A stretch of DNA of 64,000 bases, from contig NC_068985.1 of the NCBI RefSeq assembly GCF_001194135.2, positions 17,602,703 to 17,666,702 on the forward strand. Reading direction: 5' to 3'. This document shows positions 37,901 to 48,666 of this stretch, piece after piece (position 1 is the first letter of the stretch; each line of letters begins with the position of its first letter). The translations under genes and the position numbers were made by a program. Below the pieces are notes generated by a model that saw only the letters and a list, made by a program, of their open reading frames with translations, did no database searches and was not told the origin of the DNA. Source of the DNA: Octopus bimaculoides. Its lineage: Eukaryota.

Positions 37901-40900
37901 TGAAGTTAAAAAGATATTTCGTTTTTGGATTTGGCTTGCAAATGTGAGTTTGTGTATTGAAGCATATTCTGTTGTATCTGGAGAGAGTCATTCTCTTTTG
38001 GTGCCTCATAATTTAACACTCTCACCGGTAAAATTTCCACTTATTTCTTTTTTATTTTTCTAAAATTTTTGTTGTCTTGCAACCTTTGACTCTCAAAACT
38101 ATCGAAAAGGTGTGTTAAATTATAAGGCACCAAAAGAGAATGACTCTCCCCAGACACAACAGAATTTAAAAAGATAGTTAAGTGGATAAGAATATATTTG
38201 AGAAAAGGAACAACAAAATGTCAAAGTATGTTCAGTCATGCATTAAAAGTGAAATCAGGTTATCATGACCAATATTATGCTTATAAATATTATATAGTAA
38301 TATTGCAACCAACATAAGACTTTGCTATTAAAATTTATGTGCAATGAATTGCTTCTACTTCTACAACACACAAAATATTTTAATTTATTTCTAAAATTCC
38401 TAATAATATTTAATAATCATCGTCGTTTAACGTCTGCTTTCCATGCTAGCATGGGTTGGATGATTTGACTGAGGACCAGGAGGCGACACCAGGCTTCAAT
38501 CTGATCTGTCAGAGTTTCTACAGCTGGATGCCCTTCCTAACGCCAACCACTCCGAGAGTGTAGTGGGTGCTTTTACATACCACCGGCATGAGGGCCAGTC
38601 AGGCAGTACTGGCGACGGTCATGCTCAAAATGGTGTATTTTACGTGCCACCTGCACAGGAGCCAGTCCATTGGCACTGGCAACGATCTCGCTCGAATGTC
38701 TTTCCACGTGCCACCAGCACAAGTGCCAGGGAGGCGACGTTGGTAACGATCTATGATAAAAATATGATAGGATTGTTCTTAAACACTGAATGGCTATGAA
38801 GGTCCAGCAGAGTAAAATAGGAATCAAAAGGATCCATAGGGATCCACTGGTCTAGAATGAGAAAACATTTAGTTTAAAATAGTTTATATTCAGACTTACC
38901 TTCATGACTGGTCTTGAAAGATTCATTTCTTGAAATGTGATATCTTTATCATAAAAATCGATATCTTCTTCAAACTTAACCTTATTTTCCTACAGAAATG
39001 AAAAACATAACATATATATTAGAATGATTGAAGAGTGAATATTTCTATTAACATTATGGAGATGGGAAGGGATAGAATACAATATCATATTGTTATTAAG
39101 ACTTGCTCTCTGGTTGGACAAGATTTGCACTGATTTCTGATAACATAAGCAATCTCGTTGTTAGACTCTTCATTATACATTATTTTATCAGTTATGTAGT
39201 CAGTTTTATGAAAATGCCAAATGTTATTTAATGAAAAGAACGTTTTACAACTGTTATTAATGTCTGGTTAAAAAGTAAAAATAATTAAAACAATGATAGT
39301 AATGAATTAGTCAATAACAGTTAACTATGAAGATATAGTGGTAACACTGAAATATAATGTCACAAACGTGAATCAGTTAAAAATGAAACTATTGTATAAA
39401 AATGACTCTTTTCATGACAGCTTCACATCTGTACTACTCAGTGATGCTCACTCGGTTTAGTTAGACAGTGATAAGAACATAGTCATACATGTTTACTGTG
39501 TGAACCACCACCATATATTTTAGTCAGAACAATAAAAAGAATGTAATTATCAAGAAAGACCATGCAGTTTAATAGTTCTTTCACAAAATACAGTTAATCA
39601 CATGAAATGATATTTTCATTGCAAGTTTATAATGAATCTTGTTTGGTAATATTTTAGCAGTAACCTATGAAATGTAAAATAATTTTTCAAAAATCAAGTA
39701 AAATATAATTAAAGTGTTGTTGTCACTCATTAAAATGTTGAACTTTATATTTTAAAATTAAACTTAAGAAAATCAATATCTTGCTTACATCTTCAATTTT
39801 CTTTTTAGACTTCTTTTTTCTACCTTTGTCTCTGATTACATCTGCAGAGAAAAATGCCTTTTAGTTTTTTTTTATATATATAAAATAGTTTTTAAATAAA
39901 TACAAATCAAAAAAATTACACATTTAAAAAAAATCACTGTACCTAATAGACACAATTTCATGTAAAGTTTTTTCTTTTAGTGTAACAAGCATAGCAACAT
40001 TAAGTAGAAGATTTAAGCTCCCCAATGTATAAAATGCAGTCAAAATGCTCCATTTTATAGTTTTCATCCAGTTGTAATAAGCTCTTTCTCCGGTTAGGCT
40101 TAATAGCTAAGTAAAAGAGTGTGGGCAACATGGTGAGCAGCAGGTTGTATGTTGGGTACACATCTTCCAATCTATCATTAGTTCTGCTGCTACAGAGTGC
40201 ATCAGAGTAAAACTTGGCTCCATGCTTTTTGATCTGAAAAACTTTCAAAGTACTGTACTCTTTTTGTATCTAGCATTACAAAAAACACTAAGGAAAGCAA
40301 ACCAAGTTCTGTTTATTATGGGTTTTGTATATTCCAGTCAAGATCATTCCATCACTCAAACTGTTAGAAATAACAGCTAAGTCTATTTTAAATCACAAAC
40401 TGCCATCCTGGGAAAAGAACTGATACACTAAATAATGAAGTTCTACATACCCCTAAAATGATGGAATGATCTTGACTGGAATATACAAAACCCAGAGTAA
40501 ACAGAACTGATTTTATAAGAACACAGACACCAATGGTGTTTACAAGAAGAATAATGGCTGATAAATTGCCTCATTACACACTCATGTTACATTGGTGAAA
40601 GTTGATTTTCACATTCCCACCACAAAACAAGGACATTGTCAGAGGGACTTGAGAAAAATCATTATGATCCTGATCCAGTAGATCAGAAATTGAGAATATT
40701 CCATTAAGACATGAATTTTCAGATGGAACAATATTAACAGAGTGTATTTCTTAGTAATATTATATAAGGAGGACAGCAAAGAGAGCTAGTTATTTTTCTC
40801 ATTTCATATCATGCATTATCCGAGCAATATCCTTATGGGTTACAATCTTCCAATGGCCAATCACTGGTTTGCTGCAATTCCACTGCCAAAAGTAACGAAG

Positions 40901-43900
40901 GAGTGTCTGTGCAACTGAGTGGAATAAATACCAGAAAGTAATTTTGTTTGATGCACCAGTTTATAGACAATTTTTAGTACATGTATATACCATTTGCTGA
41001 TATAAATATATGCAATGCAAATTTATTCAATGAGCTTCCACAGTTTTAATCTACCGAATTTCACTCACAAGCTACAGTACAAGACACTTGCGCAAGGTGT
41101 CACATAGTGAGATTGAAACCCAGAACCATGAGGTTTTGAAGTGAACTACTTAAATCTTTTTTCACCATATTTCTGTTAAAATACACTGCCCTTGTTTTGA
41201 AAATAATGAAGAATTTAATAAAATAATGTTGATGCCATTTAATTGGTATTTGGAACATAAATCAACATGAAATTTTAATGGAGGATTTTAATTTAGAGCC
41301 ATCTGGTTTCACCAGTCCTCAGTCAAATCGTCCAACCCATGCTAGCATGGAAAGCGGACGTTAAACAATGATGATGATGATCATTTTAAAACAAGCTGTT
41401 GATATCAAAGAACCATGGGCAGTCTCAGATAGGTGGGTATTACTCTTTACTCTTTTACTTGTTTCAGTCATTTGACTGCGGCCATACTGGAGCACCGCCT
41501 TTAGTCGAGCAAATCGACCCCAGGACTTATTCTTTGTAAGCCTAGTACTTATTCTATTGGTTTCTTTTGCTGAACCGCTAAGTTACGGGGACGTAAACAC
41601 ACCAACATCAGTTGTCAAGCAATGTTGGGGGGACAAACACACACACACATATATATATATATACATATACATGACGGGCTTCTTTCAGTTTCTGTCTACC
41701 AAATGCACTCACAAGGCTTTGGTCGGCCCGAGGCTAGAGTAGAAGACACTTGCCCAAGGTGCAACGCAGTGGGACTGAACCTGAAAAGGTTAAGCACACA
41801 ACCAAGCCTACCAATTCTAATTTGAATATTAGCCACATGATTCAATAAATAAAACAAGAAAATCTTTTAATTTTGAATAAGTCAATACCAGTCATATTAG
41901 TTTCTTCTTCATCAAAACTGTCGTCATCGTCTTCGTTCCAATCGTCTGTAATATTTTCTGATTTTTCCTTAGTATTTGTCTAGAAAGAAAACGTAATGTC
42001 AAAATATAAACATATAACAGTAGATCTCAAAAATTACAGGTGGTGGATATTTTACTCATAAAGTCATTCTTATGAAAATTAAAATATTTTTTCAATAGTA
42101 ATCTGTTTTTCTTTCATTCCTTTTTTGTTTATTTTATTTCCTTCTTGTGTCATCTTTCCTTTTTGTTTTGCTTTTCTATTTAGTTTAAACATCCAGCAGT
42201 ACCTATTATATCTACAAGTGTTCCTTGACTGGTAAGGCCAATGCAGTTGACATTCGCCACAAGCTTTTGTAGTTTGATGCTTTGTGGGGAAAAAATATGT
42301 TTGAGAAAAAGAATTTCTCAAGGTTGCAACTTCAAATAGAAAAATGTATAGTCCAGGATTTGTAGGTTTTGACAGAGTAAAGATGATGCACCAGTTGGGA
42401 TTAAGCCAAGGGGAGGGATTATGATGTTGACTAGTACAGAAGTTGAAACTGTTGTAGTAGCAACTGGCACAAAATGTAAAGAGATGAAGCAGTAATTGCA
42501 GCATGCTGGTGAGGGAGTATTTGCCAATCAGATAGATGGACTTTTTGTATCTTAGCATTGTTACTGGAAAATAGGATTATGGTTAATTTGACAGAACGAA
42601 GAATTGGGAGACATGGAAAGAAACAACATTTCAAACATGTCCAACATAAACTGGAAAATATATGTAAACGTAACGATGGTATAATTGCTTAATATCTCCA
42701 TTTGAAAGCTATACAAATGAATGTAATTGGTTCTAAATGAAATATAAACATACAGACTGACTACATTTTTAAATATTACTTATTAACTGAATAGTTGCAA
42801 GTTACAACTTTTCAATAAAAAGAAAATGACTAATTTAGGACAAACAGCAACCTTTTATATGAATGAAGTCATACCAGTTTTAAAGGTAAAAGCAAAAATT
42901 TTAAATAACATACCGCTTTCTTTTTTTGCCGACGGATCTGTATGATTTTTTCATCAAGTGATGTAACTTCTAATTTCTTTCGTTTTGCATGTCGTAAAGC
43001 AAAGTCCATATCGAATATTGCATCATCTTTAAACTGTAAACAAAATAAAACAGATAAATCAGACACAAAAAAAAGGAAATTAATATAATAAGTATTTAAG
43101 TTGATAATACAATCAGTTAGTACAAATAAACAGTATGGTATCATATACCACAAGGCATTTTTATACCCAACACTGATTCCAAACCGTTCCTTTCCTACAT
43201 AACAAGTAGAGTGTACAAATGACATTGAGATTTTGTGTGCTGTCTTGCTAGCTAGCACTTGTCTTTGCCCTATTTAACTTTAGGCTCTAGACCAGATTTA
43301 TGCAATCCTTTAACAGATTTTGAGAACAAGAATTCAAGAATACTCAAAGACAAACAGAGTTGAACTGTGTAAAGCCTCAAGAATTTTAATGACTAGAGGA
43401 GTCGAGAAAGGACCCCCAATGAACACCTACATGGACATGGAATTCTTCACTGAGCTCATCAGCCATTGTTGTTGTTGTTGGCACTCCGTCGCTTACAACG
43501 TCGAGGGTTCCAGTTGATCCGATCAATGGAACAGCTTGCTCGTGAAATTAATGTGCAAGTGGCTGAGCACTCCAGACACGTGTACCCTTAACGTAGTTCT
43601 CGGGGATATTCAGTGTGACACAGCGCGACAAGGCTGACCCTTTGAATTACAGGCACAACAGAAACAGGAAGTAAGAGTGAGAGAAAGTTGTGGTGTAAGA
43701 ATACAGCAGGGTTCGCCACCATCTCCTGCCGGAGCCTCGTGGAGCTTTAGGTGTTTTCACTCAATAAGCACTCACAACGCCCAGTCTGGGAATCGAAACC
43801 GCGATCCTACGACCGCGAGTCCGCTGCCCTAACCACTGGGCCATTGCGCCTCCACACTCATCAGCCATAACCATACTAAAAACATCCTCACACAACCCTT

Positions 43901-46900
43901 TTAGGCATTCATCTACAGCTGGTTTCCTCAGTATCTACTAGGATTCAAAGTAAGCAACTATCAAACTCCCTCTCCAAATCAAAAAATTAAAAGTGGCTTG
44001 TTCTTAGGTAAGAGCTTCTCTTGCAGCTGTCTCTTTAGTAATATGGAATTAGTAAATTCTGAGTCGCAACAAAAACTCAAACTGTATCTTAACTAAGCTA
44101 ATCCTATTGTGAACTAGCCAAAACACATTGATGACTTGTCTATCAATTTGATGCCTGGAGAATACATAGGGGAGAATAAACTCAACAGAGGGACTAGCTG
44201 CTCAAATTGATAGCACTATGATTGTATGCTTATAAAGACATAACTACTCGTGTCAGTGCCATGATTAAATGCCCTGCACACACACTGCGCATACACTAAC
44301 CGATACTAGGAAGAGCATCAAGCTGTAAAAAACAGACAAAAAATAAATGTACAACTGAGACATGGTCTTCCAATTTGTCTAGGAGGGAAGTACCTCTGAA
44401 TAAGAAATGACTTGGGGCTGTGGCAACTCATCCAAACAATACCAGCATGGAAAGCAGATATAAAAAAAATGATTTACTCGCCCACATCCAGTATCCCCTT
44501 TGTCCTGGTAGCAGTTGGTGATGCAACACTAATAATCATTGAGAATACTAGCTGTCTTACATCACCATCATCATTTAACATCTGTTTTCCATGCTGGCAA
44601 GCTGAAGAGCTACCCAGGCTCTAATTTTTTGTTTTGGCATGGTTTCTACGGCTGGATGTCTTTTCTTACATTGACCACTTTATAGAGCATACCGGGTGCT
44701 TTTCATGTGGCACTGGCACACTACCTGATTACCTTAGTAAGTAGCATACATTATAAATATTATATATATATATATATATATAAAAGATAAACCTTACTTG
44801 CATTCAATTATATCATCACCATCATCATCATCGTTTAACGTCCGCTTTCCATGCTAGCATGGGTTGGACGATTTGACTGAGGACTGGTGAAACCGGATGG
44901 CAACACCAGGCTCCAGTCTGATTTGGCAGAGTTTCTACAGCTGGATGCCCTTCCTAACGCCAACCACTCAGAGAGTGTAGTGGGTGCTTTTACGTGTCAC
45001 CCGCACGAAAACGGCCACGCTCGAAATGGTGTCTTTTATGTGCCACCCGCACAAGAGCCAGTCCAGGGGCACTGGCAACGATCTCGCTCGAAAACCCTAC
45101 AAGGCCAGTCAGGCGGTACTGGCAACGGTCACGCTCAGGATGGTACATCTTATGNNNNNNNNNNNNNNNNNNNNNNNNNNNNNNNNNNNNNNNNNNNNNN
45201 NNNNNNNNNNNNNNNNNNNNNNNNNNNNNNNNNNNNNNNNNNNNNNNNNNNNNNNNNNNNNNNNNNNNNNNNNNNNNNNNNNNNNNNNNNNNNNNNNNNN
45301 NNNNNNNNNNNNNNNNNNNNNNNNNNNNNNNNNNNNNNNNNNNNNNNNNNNNNNNNNNNNNNNNNNNNNNNNNNNNNNNNNNNNNNNNNNNNNNNNNNNN
45401 NNNNNNNNNNNNNNNNNNNNNNNNNNNNNNNNNNNNNNNNNNNNNNNNNNNNNNNNNNNNNNNNNNNNNNNNNNNNNNNNNNNNNNNNNNNNNNNNNNNN
45501 NNNNNNNNNNNNNNNNNNNNNNNNNNNNNNNNNNNNNNNNNNNNNNNNNNNNNNNNNNNNNNNNNNNNNNNNNNNNNNNNNNNNNNNNNNNNNNNNNNNN
45601 NNNNNNNNNNNNNNNNNNNNNNNNNNNNNNNNNNNNNNNNNNNNNNNNNNNNNNNNNNNNNNNNNNNNNNNNNNNNNNNNNNNNNNNNNNNNNNNNNNNN
45701 NNNNNNNNNNNNNNNNNNNNNNNNNNNNNNNNNNNNNNNNNNNNNNNNNNNNNNNNNNNNNNNNNNNNNNNNNNNNNNNNNNNNNNNNNNNNNNNNNNNN
45801 NNNNNNNNNNNNNNNNNNNNNNNNNNNNNNNNNNNNNNNNNNNNNNNNNNNNNNNNNNNNNNNNNNNNNNNNNNNNNNNNNNNNNNNNNNNNNNNNNNNN
45901 NNNNTCCTACGGGAGCCAGTCAGGCGTTACTGGCAACGGCCACGCTCAAAATGGTGCATCTCATGTGCCACCCGCACAAGAACCAGTCCAGGGGCACTGG
46001 CAATGATCTTACTTGGCTTGCCGGGTCTTCTCACGCACAGCACATTTCCAAAGGTCTCGGTCAGTAACATATATCAAAAGGATATATATATCTGATGACT
46101 TTAACATTTCTAACTGAATTTATTAAGATTATAAACTTACTGATATGTCAAACTGGAAGTTGTTGTTAAATTCATTAGTTCTTTTCTTCTTCCTTTTTTC
46201 TTTAGAAAGAGGTGTGACTTGCTATATCAATAAAAAGAGGAAACATAATTCATTAATAGATAACAGATATTGTACTTTAGTAGACAGAAGCAACAGAATT
46301 AACAAATCAAAGGAAACAGAAGGATAGAATCAACTCAGCAGACCATAAAATACATTGAGTCTTATGAAGAGAAGTATACTGTGATGTTTCAAGCAGAACC
46401 GTCTTTCAAGAAAATTACTAAACATCTTTGAAGGAAATTTAATCCTTTCGCATTGAAACCAGCCAAATCTGGCCCAAATTTTCTGTGTTTTATGTTCAAA
46501 CTGGTCAGATCCAGCCTATCTCACCTTCCCTACAATGTAATTTTAAAAATAAACAATCACATCATTGAAATCTTGAAGCTATGAGCTAATGCATAATTCA
46601 AAACATTGTAAACAAATAAGCCTTATTTTTGAATGCTAAAGAGTTAAATGACCGTACCTTCAAATTCACCTTTTTTTTTAAAGGTGTCAAAGTTCAAAAC
46701 TTACTCAAAAACATTGAGGTAACTGAGACTTATCAAGGTTTTTTTTCATCATCATCATCATCATCATCATTTAACATCCACTTTCCATGCTGGCATGGGT
46801 CGGACGTTTTGACTGAGGACTGGGCAAGCCGGGAGACAGCAGTTTTATCTGGTAAGGTTTCTACAGCTGGATACCCTTCCAAACGCCAACCACTCAGAGA

Positions 46901-47865
46901 TTGCAGTGGATACTTTTTATGTGCCACCAACACAGGAGCCAGTCAGGTGAGCCTGGCATTGATCACGTTCGGATAGTGCTTTTTACGTGCCACTGGCACG
47001 GAGGCCAGTCATAGGGTACTGGCATTGGTCACGTTTGCCTACGTGGACAATGTTTTAGTCTGTGGGACTATTCAAGTCAACTGAGATGAGGATGACGTTT
47101 GTAACTGCAGAAAAAGCATACTGACTTCGAGGTAGTGGCCATGGTTTGATGAGCTTTATCAAGTGACACCATGGGTATTGTAGCAATAAGCCAATTATCT
47201 TGTTGAAGAAACCGAACTGAATAATTAGGAAATACTTTAATTAAGTAAAACTCGTCAACAATAAGATAAAACACAGATAAACTACATGTAATAGAAAATT
47301 ATCAATCGTCATCACAATAATTTTATAGATTTTCTCCTAATTTCTCGCTGTCACTAAGATTTTAGTCTATCCACGATTTACCAACATCATTTACACATTT
47401 GCTAATTACTGAATGAAAGTTAATGTTCTTAGTGCCTAAAGAACAATCACAAGTTTTTTTCATAATGAGAGAGGCAAGTGAGCAAATCTTAAAGAATCAT
47501 TAAATAACAACAAAATCGGAGTTTGTTCCTCGAGAACGATAATGTCTCCCGGACTCTAATTTTACGATGGATCTATATACAAATGAAAATGATTCCATAT
47601 ATCTATTTTATCTTTCGTCATACATTTTGAAAGCTAACAGAATCCGTTTCAGTGGTTCCAATGTTGCAAAAATTGCGAACTTGGTCAATAATTTTCGATT
47701 AGAGCTTCATTATTATTCACATTACAAAACTCTTTTACTGGATTCAGCCATCTAGCTGTGGTCATGCTGGAGCACAGCCAATGTTTACAGTATTTGACCA
47801 AGGTGTCACAGATGTTACGATATTATAGATCATACGATATAGAGGAAGTAATTAAGAATAGAAAT

Positions 47866-47898
<33 letters not shown>

Positions 47899-48164
47899 CA
47901 CCATAAATTAATTATCTAATACATTATACATATAGAGAATGTAACTTGTATATTTCATATCAACTTCCGATCTCGAGACACGTGGGAACGTTTTGGTTGT
48001 ACAATAGATAAAATAGTAACAACAGACAAAAGCAAATTAAATAATCGATTTAAATTTCTCAGACTTACATCTTCATCACTCTCTGATGTATCGTCATTAA
48101 ATTCAATGACATCATCATCAGTTATTGTCTTTATAAAACCAAGATCATCTGGAACACTGACCAT
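18392..48164 (-). CDS. DDX27: DEAD-box RNA helicase DDX27/Drs1, whole multi-exon gene span
   Basis: 19 GT-AG exons were translated by hand and their phases chain consistently, except for one missing phase 1-to-2 exon between 22139 and 18443. Exons 1-18 total 2026 nt. All DEAD-box motifs are present: Q (PMPIQ), I (AVTGSGKT), Ia (PTRELA), Ib (TPGRL), II (DEAD), III (SAT), V (ARGLD), VI ([10 protein letters not shown]). DDX27-type termini are present ([29 protein letters not shown]). Confidence 0.96.
19297..19725. other. Assembly gap (others at 6685-7641, 33283-33491, 45155-45904, 59495-59646)
   Basis: N runs. Each gap abuts a simple repeat, a poly-A run, a fold-back or a tandem array. Confidence 0.99.
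19726..19975 (+). mobile_element. Repeat with fold-back tRNA-like head and degenerate minimal hammerhead-ribozyme motif
   Basis: Inverted taaccactacgc...gcatagtggtta; tRNA-like arm GGGCTACTAACCC and B box AGTTCGATTCC; (AAT)n; then gatac-TTCATGA-a-ggctg-loop-caacc-GAAAC-GT-T-gtgtt at 19880-19925. Confidence 0.65.
21390..21672. mobile_element. Degenerate hAT-type MITE
   Basis: TAGTGGTTCCTAAACT ... ACTTTGGGTACCATTG terminal inverted repeats; flanks gtttacat / gtttatgc. Confidence 0.6.
22139..22253 (-). CDS. DDX27: DDX27 exon 18
   Basis: [38 protein letters not shown]+1 nt|gtaagt; resembles the human QFEILKAQMFAERLAK region. Confidence 0.9.
22937..23034 (-). CDS. DDX27: DDX27 exon 17
   Basis: cag|(L)[32 protein letters not shown]|gtaagt; 98 nt, phase 1-0. 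Sequence is divergent, but the splice sites and phases fit both neighbours. Confidence 0.8.
24432..24626 (-). CDS. DDX27: DDX27 exon 16
   Basis: (E)[64 protein letters not shown]; 195 nt, phase 1-1. Confidence 0.93.
24975..25084. repeat. (AG)n/(AGAT) compound microsatellite
   Basis: Visible directly. Confidence 0.9.
25353..25447 (-). CDS. DDX27: DDX27 exon 15
   Basis: (R)[31 protein letters not shown]; 95 nt, phase 2-1. Confidence 0.95.
27130..27470 (+). mobile_element. SINE family A copy (5'-truncated)
   Basis: Reverse complement of the 10841-11210 family. Confidence 0.85.
28559..28641 (-). CDS. DDX27: DDX27 exon 14 (motif VI)
   Basis: [27 protein letters not shown](R)|gtatga; 83 nt. Confidence 0.97.
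28981..29079 (-). CDS. DDX27: DDX27 exon 13 (motif V)
   Basis: [33 protein letters not shown]|gttagt; 99 nt. Confidence 0.97.
29951..30186. mobile_element. hAT-type MITE
   Basis: TIRs CAATGTTTCTCAACC / GGTTGAGAATCACTG; 8-bp TSD ccctaaag / ccctagag. Confidence 0.88.
30363..30499 (-). CDS. DDX27: DDX27 exon 12 (motif IV)
   Basis: (A)[45 protein letters not shown]; 137 nt, phase 1-0. Confidence 0.96.
31594..31735 (-). CDS. DDX27: DDX27 exon 11
   Basis: [47 protein letters not shown]+1 nt; 142 nt. Confidence 0.96.
32752..32851 (-). CDS. DDX27: DDX27 exon 10 (motif III)
   Basis: (R)[33 protein letters not shown]; 100 nt, phase 2-0. Confidence 0.96.
33492..34648 (-). mobile_element. Tc1-like transposon fossil with DD36E spacing, in DDX27 intron 9
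   Basis: Interrupted transposase: [19 protein letters not shown]...[10 protein letters not shown]...[18 protein letters not shown]...FQDDNAPIH...[11 protein letters not shown]...EEWTKIP, with in-frame stops. TIR-like end near 34620-34648; the other end is lost in the gap. Confidence 0.92.
35104..35254 (-). CDS. DDX27: DDX27 exon 9 (motifs Ib and II)
   Basis: (G)[49 protein letters not shown](R); 151 nt, phase 1-2. Confidence 0.97.
35814..35987 (-). CDS. DDX27: DDX27 exon 8 (motifs I and Ia)
   Basis: (G)[57 protein letters not shown]; 174 nt, phase 1-1. Confidence 0.96.
37690..37795 (-). CDS. DDX27: DDX27 exon 7 (Q motif, start of motif I)
   Basis: tag|[35 protein letters not shown]+1 nt|gtatgt; 106 nt. 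Confidence 0.95.
37966..38165. repeat. 54-bp inverted repeat in DDX27 intron 6
   Basis: 37966-38019 versus the reverse complement of 38112-38165: 3 mismatches. Confidence 0.88.
38300..38870. mobile_element. Partial hAT MITE of the same family with a nested SINE at about 38415-38752
   Basis: Shares ttaaaatttat..gcaat..acacaaaatatttt and atggctatg..ggtcca..gagtaaaataggaatcaaa with the other two copies; boundaries approximate. Confidence 0.7.
38900..38989 (-). CDS. DDX27: DDX27 exon 6
   Basis: tag|[30 protein letters not shown]|gtaagt; 90 nt. Confidence 0.93.
39789..39841 (-). CDS. DDX27: DDX27 exon 5
   Basis: cag|(D)[17 protein letters not shown]|gtaagc; 53 nt, phase 1-0. Confidence 0.88.
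40305..40508. repeat. 50-bp inverted repeat (MITE-like) in DDX27 intron 4
   Basis: 40305-40354 versus the reverse complement of 40459-40508 differ at only 2 positions. Confidence 0.88.
41446..41800 (-). mobile_element. SINE family A copy
   Basis: High similarity to 10841-11210. Confidence 0.85.
41889..41979 (-). CDS. DDX27: DDX27 exon 4 (acidic linker)
   Basis: tag|[30 protein letters not shown]+1 nt|gtattg; 91 nt, phase 0-1. Confidence 0.82.
42914..43033 (-). CDS. DDX27: DDX27 exon 3
   Basis: cag|[40 protein letters not shown]|gtatgt; 120 nt, phase 0-0. Confidence 0.9.
43467..43856 (-). mobile_element. Young full-length tRNA-derived SINE with (CAA)n tail
   Basis: The minus strand begins with a tRNA-like head GGCGCAATGGCCCAGTGGTTAGGGCAGCGGACTCGCGGTCGTAGGATCGCGGTTTCGATTCCC (A and B boxes). 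CpGs are intact. Perfect 12-bp TSD ctcatcagccat at 43455-43466 and 43857-43868. Confidence 0.9.
46141..46221 (-). CDS. DDX27: DDX27 exon 2 (contains FxF motif)
   Basis: tag|[27 protein letters not shown]|gtaagt; 81 nt, phase 0-0. FQF at 46150-46158 corresponds to the N-terminal FxF PeBoW-binding motif known in human DDX27. Confidence 0.85.
47050..47230 (-). mobile_element. Possible Ty3/Gypsy gag (nucleocapsid) remnant
   Basis: SLDKAHQ...[16 protein letters not shown] resembles a CxxCxxxxH zinc-knuckle start; short and broken. Confidence 0.3.
48069..48164 (-). CDS. DDX27: DDX27 exon 1
   Basis: ATG at 48164; [32 protein letters not shown]; donor GTAAGT; ends phase 0. Confidence 0.92.
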
Positions 48165-48584
48165 GTTGGTTATTCTCTCGCTGTCACTATGACTAGATAC
48201 ATGCAGAGCTACGACTTTATACTCGTCTTTTATTCAGATAAAATAACAAATACCAACATCTTAATAAAAGTATGATTTTTATAAATCATGTCAAGTATTT
48301 CTGGTGATTCTATTGTAGTTTAATAATTATTTAGCGTAAGGAAGTTAAATATAATATTTGTATATTTAAAGAATATAATTATGAACTAATTTTTAATTTC
48401 ATAAAATGTAAAAACAAGCACAATTATTTTTAGAATGTATTATTAAAAATGTTTTATAATAATTGTAAACTTTATTTTTACGGTTTTACGTATATGAGGT
48501 TAAGGGGCTCATTTCACTTTTGGCGGGGAATTCTGTTCTACTTTTTCCGAATTGTTGGTCGAGTTTCTTATTCCATCACAAAAC
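48165..48584. promoter_or_regulatory. Putative bidirectional promoter and 5' UTRs between DDX27 and FEN1
   Basis: Divergent ATGs at 48164 (-) and 48585 (+). The 420-bp interval has no recognisable repeat and carries an E2F-like TTTTGGCGGGGAA at 48518-48530. Confidence 0.75.
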
Positions 48585-48666
48585 ATGGGAATTCAAGGCC
48601 TTGCTAAACTTATCGGCGATAATGCTCCTTCTTCATTGAAAGATAATGAAATTAAAAACTATTTTG
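48585..48666 (+). CDS. FEN1: FEN1 exon 1
   Basis: [27 protein letters not shown]+1 nt|gtgagt. Confidence 0.96.

Noticed and set aside
42079-42640. 159-aa minus-strand ORF as an extra DDX27 exon or nested gene
   Set aside because: No recognisable homology, and exons 3 and 4 already join in phase with good splice sites.
43790-43856. tRNA genes (also 19745-19812 and the SINE-A heads)
   Set aside because: They lack a proper acceptor stem and continue directly into SINE bodies with tails or TSDs, so they are tRNA-derived SINE heads.
47140-47225. C/D box snoRNA (TGATGA...CTGA)
   Set aside because: It is antisense to the host DDX27 intron, has no terminal stem or recognisable guide, and overlaps a possible gag remnant.
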